NCBI GenBank assembly: GCA_037447435.1
Contig: JBBIGR010000009.1
Span: 1-64,000 of the forward strand
Direction of reading: 5' to 3'
DNA: 64,000 nt
Source: Fibrobacteria bacterium
GTDB taxonomy: Bacteria; Fibrobacterota; Chitinivibrionia; Chitinivibrionales; FEN-1185
Both the position numbers and the translations under genes were made by a program. The notes beneath the pieces were generated by a model. It did no database searches, was not told the origin of the DNA, and worked only from the letters and a program-made list of their open reading frames with translations. Shown here in pieces: positions 49,427 through 58,517 of this stretch (position 1 is its first letter; each line of letters starts with the position of its first letter).

Positions 49427-51058
49427 ATGATGTTACGTTTTTTGCTGGTAGCGGCAATCGGTTTCGTTTCTGTCGTCGCATCGTATGGGCAAGCTGTGAC
49501 CTGGATGCGTACATCTTCGGGCGGAGATAAAAACAAAGTTCAATCTTTAACGTTTCATCCTACCGGAACCGCTGCAACGGCAACAATTACCGTTAATCCT
49601 TCTCAAACGTATCAGACTATGGTGGGCTTTGGCGGTTCTTTCACAGAAGCGGGCGCTGTTTCTTTGAAAACATTAAATGCAACCGTACGAAAACAAGCAA
49701 CAGATGCTTATTTTGGTCCCACAGGTGCCGATTATTCAATTTGCCGTACTCAAATCGGTGCCAGCGATTTTTCCGCAGGTCTTTACAGTTACGATGATCA
49801 GGCTGGTGATAATGCGCTTAATAATTTTAGTGTTCAACACGATGTAACATCCACTCTTATCCAATGGGAAAAAGACGCATTAGCCAATAATCCTACCTTG
49901 AAAATATTCGGCTCACCATGGAGTGCTCCGGCCTGGATGAAGCAAATGGATAATGGTGCAGCACAGAGTATGGATAACGGCGGAACCTTACTATCAAGTT
50001 GCGCGTCCGCATGGGCGAATTATTTTGTCAAGTATGTCCAGGCGTATAAAGCTCTAGGTGTGCCGATTTGGGGCATAACCATTCAAAATGAACCGCAAGC
50101 AAAGCAAACATGGCCGTCAATGATTTTTTCAAAAGAGCAAGAACGTGATTTTATGAAAAATTATCTTGGACCAACGTTAAAAAATGCTAGTCTTGGACCT
50201 TCAGTTCTTAACGTTATGTTTTGGGACCATAATAAAGATGTTATGGTGGATTGGGCAAATACTTTTTATGCAGATACCGCGGTAAAGAATATGGTTTGGG
50301 GTGAGGCGATTCACTGGTATTCGGGTGATGCCTTTAATAATGTTGCTACAGTGTATAATAATTATCCTGGCAAACATATTCTTGCAACCGAACAATGCAT
50401 TACCGGGTTTACCGGTGCAATTGACTATGCCAACACTGCTGAAAAATATGCCCATGATATTTTCGGCGATATTGTTAACGGCAGCGAAGGATGGGTAGAC
50501 TGGAATATGGTTTTAAACACTCAAGGTGGCCCGAACGTGTCTTCCAATTGGTGCTTGGCAGGAATTCTCGTAAATACCGGAGCCGGAACGATTCAGTTTA
50601 CGCCGATTTACTATTATATGGTTCAATTCTCAAAATATTGCCATACAGGTGCAGTACGAATCGGTACCACAATATCCAATGGCAGTGGTTTGGAAGCAAT
50701 GTCGTTTAAAAATACCGATGGTAGCATGACGACAATAGTTCATAATTACGGAAACTCGACAATCTCTTGCAAACTCGTAAGTGGAACAAATCAGGTAGAG
50801 TTTTCATCTACAGCTCTTTCTGTGGAAACATTTAACTGGAATCCGAATCCCTCAGGTGTAAAAAATCAAGTTGTGACATCTTCTCTCAGTAAAGCAGAGT
50901 CTGCAAAGCGACGGATCATAATGAACCAGGCTCAGCAGCAGCAAATTCCCGGTACAGGGAAGTTTACAGTAACAGGAAAGAAACTTCCTGCTTCGGTCAA
51001 CCGTGTTTCTACCGGCCTTTATATAGATAAACCGGACCAAAACACTCAGCCGAAATAA
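49427..51058 (+). CDS. Glycoside hydrolase family 30 (glucosylceramidase/beta-1,6-glucanase-like)
   Basis: YQT..GFGGSFT, IGASDFS, SPWSAPAWMK, IQNEP acid/base, WDHN, IHWY, ATE nucleophile, DWNMVL..GGPN. Confidence 0.9.
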   Translation: MMLRFLLVAAIGFVSVVASYGQAVTWMRTSSGGDKNKVQSLTFHPTGTAATATITVNPSQTYQTMVGFGGSFTEAGAVSLKTLNATVRKQATDAYFGPTGADYSICRTQIGASDFSAGLYSYDDQAGDNALNNFSVQHDVTSTLIQWEKDALANNPTLKIFGSPWSAPAWMKQMDNGAAQSMDNGGTLLSSCASAWANYFVKYVQAYKALGVPIWGITIQNEPQAKQTWPSMIFSKEQERDFMKNYLGPTLKNASLGPSVLNVMFWDHNKDVMVDWANTFYADTAVKNMVWGEAIHWYSGDAFNNVATVYNNYPGKHILATEQCITGFTGAIDYANTAEKYAHDIFGDIVNGSEGWVDWNMVLNTQGGPNVSSNWCLAGILVNTGAGTIQFTPIYYYMVQFSKYCHTGAVRIGTTISNGSGLEAMSFKNTDGSMTTIVHNYGNSTISCKLVSGTNQVEFSSTALSVETFNWNPNPSGVKNQVVTSSLSKAESAKRRIIMNQAQQQQIPGTGKFTVTGKKLPASVNRVSTGLYIDKPDQNTQPK

Positions 51059-51070
51059 CGCGCTTTTAGC

Positions 51071-51110
51071 AAACAAACCCCGCTCTATGCAGAGCGGGGT
51101 TTGTTTTTTT
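51071..51110 (+). terminator. Intrinsic terminator
   Basis: AAACAAACCCCGCTCT / AGAGCGGGGTTTGTTT stem followed by T-run. Confidence 0.8.
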
Positions 51111-51255
51111 ATCTTAATTAACAAATTATCGCCCAAAGTTTATCTCTCTATTGCAGAACATAATTATTTTGGTTTCAAGACTTTTGAAACAAAGTAAAAC
51201 ACTTTTGTTAACACTAAAAAAACTTAATTACAATTTTCTCAAAGGAGTTTTAAGG

Positions 51256-52674
51256 ATGATGACTTCCGTGTGCAGGATAGCGGCTGTCGCGCTTATCGGT
51301 TTTTTCAGCGCGTTACAAATGGCAAACGCACAAGATGCCGACTCAACGGCATTGGTTCAGACGCCTGTTAAGGCTGAAAAAAGCGGTCCCTCTTTAGGCG
51401 CAGGGTTGCATTTATCCGGCTTTTGGTCAATGGAAACCGGGCAATGGGTGGATTATTGGATGGTGAACAGCAGTGTTCCCCGTCAAAATATTTTGCATAC
51501 ATTTGTTAATTTGGGGGTTTCGAAGCAGCTTACGGATCATTTGTTGATAAATGCATCGCTCGAAGGGAAAATGTATTTCAATACATTTGACAAAACATAC
51601 AATGCCGGCGTTGAGAGCTTTGTTTTGCCCACAATGTATTACAATTTCTATATAGACCGCGCGGAAGCTATTTATTCCTTCGGTGAAGACAAATCTCCGT
51701 TTTTACAGTTGACCTTGGGTTATTTTCCGTTCAAGTATAATCCGGATGTCCGCGATCTTGGAGAATATCTTTACAGAAGCGGAACATATCCTGCGTACCT
51801 CATTACGGAATTCGACTTTCCCCAGGCGCGTTTGACCGGTTTGAAGGTATCAAGTGATCTGTTCGACATGCTGCATCAGGATCTTCTTATAACAACAGGT
51901 ACCGAAAGACCGCCGTTTTTTGATTTGAATTTGGGATACGTCGCTTCCGTGGATATCGCAAAAATCCTGAATATCGGTATCGGTGGCATGTATCAGAGCT
52001 TAATTTCTGCAAATCCAAATGTCACTTCTCCACATCAACCCGATAATGTGTATTTGAAAAATGCAGTATATGATACTGTTAAAGGGGCCTATAAAGGTGA
52101 TACAGCATATTATACCTTTGAAGGGTTAAAATTAATGGCCCGCGGGTCTTTCGATCCGAAACGGATTTTCATTCCCTCCGAAAGTGATCTGGGAATTTGG
52201 GGAAAAGAAGATCTAAAATTGTATGGTGAAATAGCCATATTAGGTGTTCAGGATTATCCAAAAAGCGTATTAGGTACTAACCCGTACGGATACGATTCTC
52301 TCATGCAAAAAATGCCTTTTATGCTGGGTTTGAATGTTCCCACATTTAAAATTTTAGACGTGTTTTCTGCCGAAGTCGAATGGTTTGGCAGCAAATATCC
52401 TAATAATTATCAGTACAAGGGTATGTCCCAAATCATTCCAACGCCGTGTCCCCAAGCGCAGGGTATGGAACCTGAGCAATACGATTATTTAAACAATTGG
52501 AAATGGGCATTTTATGCAAAGAAAAGCTTTGATATGGGGCTTTTCTTAGTTGCGCAAGTCGCCTTGGACCACGTGAGAAACGAAACACCCATTGCCAGTA
52601 GCGTAGATTTTGAAGAATCGTTGCGTACAGACCATTCATGGTCTTGGATGTTCAAGATGGGATATAAGTTCTAG
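51256..52674 (+). CDS. Putative outer-membrane beta-barrel protein (porin-like)
   Basis: Signal peptide, aromatic amphipathic strands, GYFPFKYNPD..LGEYL.RSGTYP motif, terminal MGYKF beta-signal. Confidence 0.65.
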   Translation: MMTSVCRIAAVALIGFFSALQMANAQDADSTALVQTPVKAEKSGPSLGAGLHLSGFWSMETGQWVDYWMVNSSVPRQNILHTFVNLGVSKQLTDHLLINASLEGKMYFNTFDKTYNAGVESFVLPTMYYNFYIDRAEAIYSFGEDKSPFLQLTLGYFPFKYNPDVRDLGEYLYRSGTYPAYLITEFDFPQARLTGLKVSSDLFDMLHQDLLITTGTERPPFFDLNLGYVASVDIAKILNIGIGGMYQSLISANPNVTSPHQPDNVYLKNAVYDTVKGAYKGDTAYYTFEGLKLMARGSFDPKRIFIPSESDLGIWGKEDLKLYGEIAILGVQDYPKSVLGTNPYGYDSLMQKMPFMLGLNVPTFKILDVFSAEVEWFGSKYPNNYQYKGMSQIIPTPCPQAQGMEPEQYDYLNNWKWAFYAKKSFDMGLFLVAQVALDHVRNETPIASSVDFEESLRTDHSWSWMFKMGYKF

Positions 52675-52698
52675 TCAAGTTAAGTAAGTAAAAGAATC

Positions 52699-52733
52699 AA
52701 AAGCGAGGTTCCAGTATGGAATCTCGCTTTTTT
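52699..52733. terminator. Bidirectional terminator between convergent genes
   Basis: AAAAGCGAGGTTCC / GGAATCTCGCTTTT stem with A/T tails. Confidence 0.7.
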
Positions 52734-52823
52734 ATTATTAAAAAGAACATAGTTACGTACCAAATTTACAATACATATTTCAAAGATTAAATACAAAATG
52801 AAATTATATTTTTTGTTTCTCCT

Positions 52824-55800
52824 TTATGGTAAAGGAGAAATATAAATACCATTGCCATTTGTTGCAGCAAAAATATTGCTCCCGCATATTGTGAAAGCAT
52901 TTACTGAGCAGCCACTAGGCAGTCCGTTGTTTACAGGTGTCCAGCTTGCTCCATTGTCGCCAGAAATAAAAACACCACTGTCGTCGGTACCAGCAAGAAC
53001 ATAGGCACCACTAACTGTAAGAGATTTTACGGAAACCGTTGTTATACCGGAGCTGACAGGAGTCCAAGTAATTCCATTATCGGAAGAGCGGTAAACTCCG
53101 CCATCTCCGCCGCCAAATCCAGCAGCAAAAATATTAGTACCGCTAACTGCCAGTGCATAAATAAAAGCGAGGCTAGGTAGGCCTGTATGGTGTTCAACCC
53201 AGTTCGGGCTGCTTATTGGAGACACAAAGATTTTGCCAAGTGTCCCGGCAAATAAATTTGTGCCACTAATTGCCAATGACCAAACAGCGTTTTGTGTTAG
53301 TCCGTTATTGAAGTCGGACCAAGTTTGATTATAGTCTTTAGCATAAAAGACTCCGCCATCATAAGTTCCCGCAAAAACGTCATTTCCTGAAGTTGCAAAA
53401 CTAGTGACGGGCGCCGTTGTCAAGTTGATGGGGGCTGCGGTCCAACTGGCACCGGCATTATAAGAAGCGAAAACGTCTCCTTGGCCACCTCCTGCAAAAA
53501 TATAATTGGATGTTATTCCAATTGATTGAATGCTCATGTCCGTAAGATTAGCATTGTTTATTGTTCCCCAACTTGAACCGTTATTATTAGATAAAAACAC
53601 ACCACTATTTGATGTGCCGGCAAAAATATTTGGAGTATTTGAAGCAATTGCCCATACATAATTATTAGTAAGGCCCGAATTTACAGCAGTCCATCGGCAT
53701 AATGGTTTGAAACTAGCTGTTACAGTTGCATTACCTGAAGATAGTGCTATAGTTGTGGACGCAATGTTTGCATTAGCAATATTAGCCGTTCCTGTGGAAA
53801 CGGTCCATTTGTCAAATTTATAACCGGCGTTAGCAACAGCGGTGATGGTAGTTGCTATATTATAATTGACTGTTAATGGTAAACTCGATGGCGAAGGAAC
53901 CGTTACGGCGCCTCCAAGGCCTGAAGATGCATTTAATTGGTAGGTTTGTATAGACCATTTTGCAAATAATGCAACATCCCCAGTTGACCCAGTAGGGATA
54001 GATGTTAGCGCATTGCTGGTAAATCCTGAATTAGTATACCATCCGTTAAATGCATGACCTACAAAAGTTGGGTTTGCAAGCGTGATTGTCGAAGTAGTAA
54101 CATCGTAAGTTACGGGGTTGCTCCCGTTTGTACCGCCATTCAGAGTGTAGGTGATATTATAAGTTATAATAGTCCATTTTGCAAAGAATGACTTGTTCCC
54201 GGTCGACCCCGTCGGGATCGACGTTACTGCCGAGCCGGAAAAACCAGCATCTGTAAACCAACCGTTAAAAGTATAACCGGCTTTTGTTGGTGTAGGAAGA
54301 GTGATTGCCGTTGAAGTTACATTATACGAAGTCGCAGGCGTGCCGGGATTCGTTCCGCCATTTAGCGTATATGTAATGCCGTAATTGGCCAATGCCCATT
54401 GAGCATAAAGAACAACATTTGCCGGACCCATTAAAAATGTTGCTCCAGTAAGGTAACTTGTTCCTGACCCATTCGCACTTGTATTCCACCCGGTCCATGT
54501 GTAACCTGTTTTTGTCAAATTTCCTGAATTACCGAGAACAACCACGTATGAACTCGACAAATATGAAACCGGGTCAACCGGAGCTGTGCCGCCGGTAAAG
54601 CTGTTTCCATTGTAGGTAACAGAGTAGGTCGGAAGTACTGTCCACTTTGCATATAGGATTACATTTGTCGTACCTATTGCAAACTTGGCATTAGCTGAAT
54701 AGTTAGTACCGCTGCCGTCAGCCTTCGTATTCCAACCGGCATAGGTATATCCTATTTTCACTAATGATCCGGTGTTGCCAAGAACCGTGACGGAGTCGCC
54801 TGCCAAGTATGCATATGCATCAGCAGGGACACTTCCACCGCCACTGCCGTTCGCATCATAGGTAACGGTATACGTCGGGCTTGTTGTCCATTTCGCATAA
54901 AGCGTTACGTTAGCAGTACCCATTGAAAACGTGGCGTTGGCAGCATAATTTGTTCCGCTGCCGTCAGCCTTCGCGTTCCATCCTGCAAAAGTATTTCCAG
55001 TTTTTACTAAGATTCCGGTATTGCCGAGAACTGTTACCGATGCTCCCGTAGTATACGGATTTGCATCAACAGGGACATTTCCACCGGTATTGCCGTTTCC
55101 GTCATAGGTAATTGTAAAGGTCTTTGCCTTTGAGTTATGAAGCAAAATTGTCAAAACGCTTGTTGCAAAACCGTCCGATGCCTGGATTTTAATGGTAGAG
55201 GGTCCCGTATCACCGAGAGCCGCAACGTTTTTCCATGTACTGAATATGAGAGAGTTTTTTAACGGATTTCCTGAAGTCAATTGATATGTTATTTTGTCGC
55301 CATTGACATCTGTAATCAATGTGCTCAAATCTTTTGTTACCGAATCGTTCTCAAATCCCTCTACTTTGAGTGTATCCGATGTCCATTTCGGAGCAGAATT
55401 CACGTCACTCGAATGGAGTTTTTGCGAAGGGGATGCGGCTCCTTTCGAATTAGTCGCTACGACGTAATAATAAAAAACGGTGTCCTTAATCGTGTTGGCA
55501 AACGAAGTGTCGGTAATTGATGCGACGGATATAAATCCGGTTGCAGAATCCTTGGAACGGAATACCTGGTACCCGTCCGCGTTCGCCGCTTTGTTCCATT
55601 TGAATGAAAACACGCCGTTTATTCGTGTCGTATCCACGAATTTTGTGACGCTCGACGGCAACGGAATGGTTTTACTGACTTGAATTCCCACTTTTAACGT
55701 ATCGCCTTTAACGGGAATGCCGTTGTCTAAAACAGTAAATATCACACTATCGGTTTTCATGGTATCGGTGCCAAGATAGCCCGCAGGTACTGCCCAAATA

Positions 55801-56912
55801 AACGTTGTGCCCGTAAAATTGGAACCAGCCGGTTTCTTCAGGATATTATACGTAAACGTTTGGCCGATATCGGTATCTGCCGCGGCAACGGTAAGTGTGC
55901 ATATGTCGGTCGATAGGATTTTTGTATGGCCTTTAATAATAGAAAGAACCGGTTTGTGATTGACGATCACCCTGGGAACTACGTAAAGTACGGCTGCCGA
56001 AGTAGTGACGGAATCGTTGTTTTTATTTTTCACACGGCAGGTATATGCTCCGGAATCGGTGAATGCGACTTTCGCAATAATAAAAGTAGCCGCCGTTTGT
56101 CCGGTTATTTCAGTTGTTCCCAAGAACCATTTGTAGGTAAACGGCGTATCGCCGACTGCGGTTACGGTAAACGAAACGGTCGTGTCGGTCGGTACGGTAT
56201 CCAAAGTCGGGGAAATTGAGGCGGCAAAAACCTTTTTTATCGATAAAATCGCGGCCGCGGTTCTTACCGTGTCGCCCCATTTGTCGCTCACGAGGCAGGT
56301 ATATTTGCCGGTGTCGCTATACGCTACTTTCGCTATGATGATCGTTACGTTAGTATTGTTTGTCAATAGTGTCGTGTCGTGATACCATTGATAGGAATAG
56401 GGTTGATCGCCCGACGTCACGCTCACGGAAAATGTCGCCATCGAATCGGGAGTCGCCGCGATACTGCTTGGATTGATCGATGCGGTTGCAGTTTTAGGGG
56501 TAAGAGTTATCTCGCCGGGGACGGTTCGTGTGTCACCGTTATTGATATACGCGGTCGCGGAAAAGAGCCAGGTTCCTGCCTTTGTAAATGTAAAGGTATG
56601 CCACAAGGTGTCTTTTACAAAATCTTCTTTCCCGAACCTGAACGTAAGATCGGTATTGTTCGAATATTTCTTCACGGTAATTGTCACCGAATCCACCAGA
56701 TTCGCAACCGACACTAATGCGCCGATTTGTATCGGCGTTCCGACCTGCTCGGTGATTGAGGTGTTTGTTAAAATCTTATCGCTTGAGCCTTTAAGCAAAA
56801 TAGATAAACTGACATTTTTGGGATCGTCGAACGGGTTGACCGTATTACAAGAAAAAAGCAAAACAGCCAAGGCCAGAAAGCTTAATGAATAAACAATCGC
56901 CTTCTTAATCAT
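52824..56912 (-). CDS. Large surface lipoprotein: Ig domains, FN3-like domain, InlB B-repeats, C-terminal BNR/beta-propeller
   Basis: Lipobox LFSC; YQWY...DTGKYTC Ig x2; repeats TY..NG..GG..P...KTGYTF.GW...LYAKW x5; C-terminal IFAGT..GVF.S.NNG.SW repeats. Confidence 0.82.
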   Translation of the reverse strand: MIKKAIVYSLSFLALAVLLFSCNTVNPFDDPKNVSLSILLKGSSDKILTNTSITEQVGTPIQIGALVSVANLVDSVTITVKKYSNNTDLTFRFGKEDFVKDTLWHTFTFTKAGTWLFSATAYINNGDTRTVPGEITLTPKTATASINPSSIAATPDSMATFSVSVTSGDQPYSYQWYHDTTLLTNNTNVTIIIAKVAYSDTGKYTCLVSDKWGDTVRTAAAILSIKKVFAASISPTLDTVPTDTTVSFTVTAVGDTPFTYKWFLGTTEITGQTAATFIIAKVAFTDSGAYTCRVKNKNNDSVTTSAAVLYVVPRVIVNHKPVLSIIKGHTKILSTDICTLTVAAADTDIGQTFTYNILKKPAGSNFTGTTFIWAVPAGYLGTDTMKTDSVIFTVLDNGIPVKGDTLKVGIQVSKTIPLPSSVTKFVDTTRINGVFSFKWNKAANADGYQVFRSKDSATGFISVASITDTSFANTIKDTVFYYYVVATNSKGAASPSQKLHSSDVNSAPKWTSDTLKVEGFENDSVTKDLSTLITDVNGDKITYQLTSGNPLKNSLIFSTWKNVAALGDTGPSTIKIQASDGFATSVLTILLHNSKAKTFTITYDGNGNTGGNVPVDANPYTTGASVTVLGNTGILVKTGNTFAGWNAKADGSGTNYAANATFSMGTANVTLYAKWTTSPTYTVTYDANGSGGGSVPADAYAYLAGDSVTVLGNTGSLVKIGYTYAGWNTKADGSGTNYSANAKFAIGTTNVILYAKWTVLPTYSVTYNGNSFTGGTAPVDPVSYLSSSYVVVLGNSGNLTKTGYTWTGWNTSANGSGTSYLTGATFLMGPANVVLYAQWALANYGITYTLNGGTNPGTPATSYNVTSTAITLPTPTKAGYTFNGWFTDAGFSGSAVTSIPTGSTGNKSFFAKWTIITYNITYTLNGGTNGSNPVTYDVTTSTITLANPTFVGHAFNGWYTNSGFTSNALTSIPTGSTGDVALFAKWSIQTYQLNASSGLGGAVTVPSPSSLPLTVNYNIATTITAVANAGYKFDKWTVSTGTANIANANIASTTIALSSGNATVTASFKPLCRWTAVNSGLTNNYVWAIASNTPNIFAGTSNSGVFLSNNNGSSWGTINNANLTDMSIQSIGITSNYIFAGGGQGDVFASYNAGASWTAAPINLTTAPVTSFATSGNDVFAGTYDGGVFYAKDYNQTWSDFNNGLTQNAVWSLAISGTNLFAGTLGKIFVSPISSPNWVEHHTGLPSLAFIYALAVSGTNIFAAGFGGGDGGVYRSSDNGITWTPVSSGITTVSVKSLTVSGAYVLAGTDDSGVFISGDNGASWTPVNNGLPSGCSVNAFTICGSNIFAATNGNGIYISPLP

Positions 56913-56995
56913 AAAGGTCTCCCTATAATTAGCTGAAAAGAATACTAAATTAGATCACGATAGCGAATAAAATAAATTCGCCAAGCCGATACTAG

Positions 56996-57011
56996 TGTGA
57001 CGGTCGTCACA
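56996..57011. promoter_or_regulatory. CRP/Rex-like palindromic operator
   Basis: Perfect TGTGA-N6-TCACA about 85 nt upstream of the large lipoprotein start. Confidence 0.5.
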
Positions 57012-57188
57012 AAAGCGAAAATTTATTTTATACGCGATACCCGCCCAAAGAAATTTCCAAGTCAAAACAAATCCCTTTGCATGTTGAAAAGTTTGGCAAA
57101 ATCACAGAAAATAATAAAAAGTAGGCCGGGCCAGTCTAGATGGTGGCGCAGCATGGAAAACCTGCCTTAATGGTTCGATCGGCTTAAA

Positions 57189-58328
57189 TCACCAATCTTT
57201 TAAAAAACCGGCAGCATTGCAAACGCGTATGCCGTCTTTGTTAACAAAATCGTCCGTCGTATTCAGAACCAACTGTGTTGCAGGAATTTCCGGGTATTTT
57301 GTTTTAAGATATCGCAATCCGTCGTCAATGGTGAGGGAACCGCATTTGCACTCTACAAATTGAACGGGTTTTCCTTTCAGGCAGATAACGAAATCAACCT
57401 CTTTCTTGTCAACAGTCCGGAAGTAGCAAAGCGTATATTCAAGCCCTTCGGAGTCCTGTTTATGGCAACACCAAGCATAGAGTTGGCATGCGACAAGATT
57501 TTCGAAACGGGGTCCAGGTTGTTCGACAAGGGTCCAATCAAAATGATAATGCTTAGGCTCCTTTTTAACGGTTTTGATGTTGGGGTGACCAAAGGGATAA
57601 ATCCTGAATATCTGATAAATATTCTCAAGGAGCTGCACCCAACGGGAGCAGGTTTGATGCGATATTTGTAGGTCTTCGCGCAGGGCGTTGATTGAAAGAG
57701 GAGAACCGACCAGCGCCGGCATCCGGGACGCAAGCAATTGTACCAGGGCCAAATCCATGACCCGTTCAAGATCGCGCAAGTCCGTGTCGATGACTCTGCT
57801 CAGATAATCCCGCGACCACCGGCGGCTTTGCAAGTCGGAACCCGACGTAAAGGGTTCGGGAAAACCGCCGAACCTCAGCAGCGATTCAAGATCGCCTTGT
57901 TTTCCTCCGACTTCAGGTAATGTAAACGGAAACAATCGGTGATAATGATATCTGCCCTGTAAGGAATCTCCGCCTCTACGATAATGGTCGAGCCGTGCAC
58001 TGCCGGTGACAATAATTGCAAGGTCTTGCCTGCGGGAATCGTATAGACCTTTGACAACCTGACGCCATCTATTGAATTTATGGATTTCGTCAAGTACCAA
58101 GGTCCGTGCTTCTTGAGGAAATGTCTCCTTAATGATGATACTTCTATCCGAAGCAATGTCCCAATTGTAATACCTTGCTGCAGCATGGCTGCGGTTAAGG
58201 GCTATATGTCGCGCCAGCGTTGTCTTGCCGCATTGCCTTGGACCGCCGATAAACACCATTTTATGATTCAAATCCTCTGAAATTCCGGATTCGATGGCCC
58301 GTTTAATGTAGGTAGTTTTTTTAATCAT
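57189..58328 (-). CDS. AAA_14 ATPase with DUF4143 domain
   Basis: GPRQCGKTT, LDEIH, VTGSA, DSLQGR, FGGFPE, FENLV, EVDFVI...VECK. Confidence 0.9.
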   Translation of the reverse strand: MIKKTTYIKRAIESGISEDLNHKMVFIGGPRQCGKTTLARHIALNRSHAAARYYNWDIASDRSIIIKETFPQEARTLVLDEIHKFNRWRQVVKGLYDSRRQDLAIIVTGSARLDHYRRGGDSLQGRYHYHRLFPFTLPEVGGKQGDLESLLRFGGFPEPFTSGSDLQSRRWSRDYLSRVIDTDLRDLERVMDLALVQLLASRMPALVGSPLSINALREDLQISHQTCSRWVQLLENIYQIFRIYPFGHPNIKTVKKEPKHYHFDWTLVEQPGPRFENLVACQLYAWCCHKQDSEGLEYTLCYFRTVDKKEVDFVICLKGKPVQFVECKCGSLTIDDGLRYLKTKYPEIPATQLVLNTTDDFVNKDGIRVCNAAGFLKDW

Positions 58329-58473
58329 AGTTAAATAAAGTAGGTAGTTTATTAAGGTATAGCTAAATATACTACTGAAGATATTTTGAGTCAATTTTAA
58401 AAAATAATGGAAATTTATTTGTTGAGAAGGGAAGAATAAATAGTCTCGCTAATAATCCTAGGCATTTGCATAT

Positions 58474-58505
58474 AATAAAGGGGCACCGAAAAGTGCCCCT
58501 TTATT
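58474..58505 (-). terminator. Intrinsic terminator after GH55
   Basis: AATAAAGGGGCAC / GTGCCCCTTTATT inverted repeat. Confidence 0.75.
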
Positions 58506-58517
58506 TATCAGAAAAAA

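Noticed and set aside
57135..57185. tRNA-like fragment (TGGCGCAGCATGG...GGTTCGATC)
   Set aside because: No acceptor or anticodon stem can be formed and spacing is too short.
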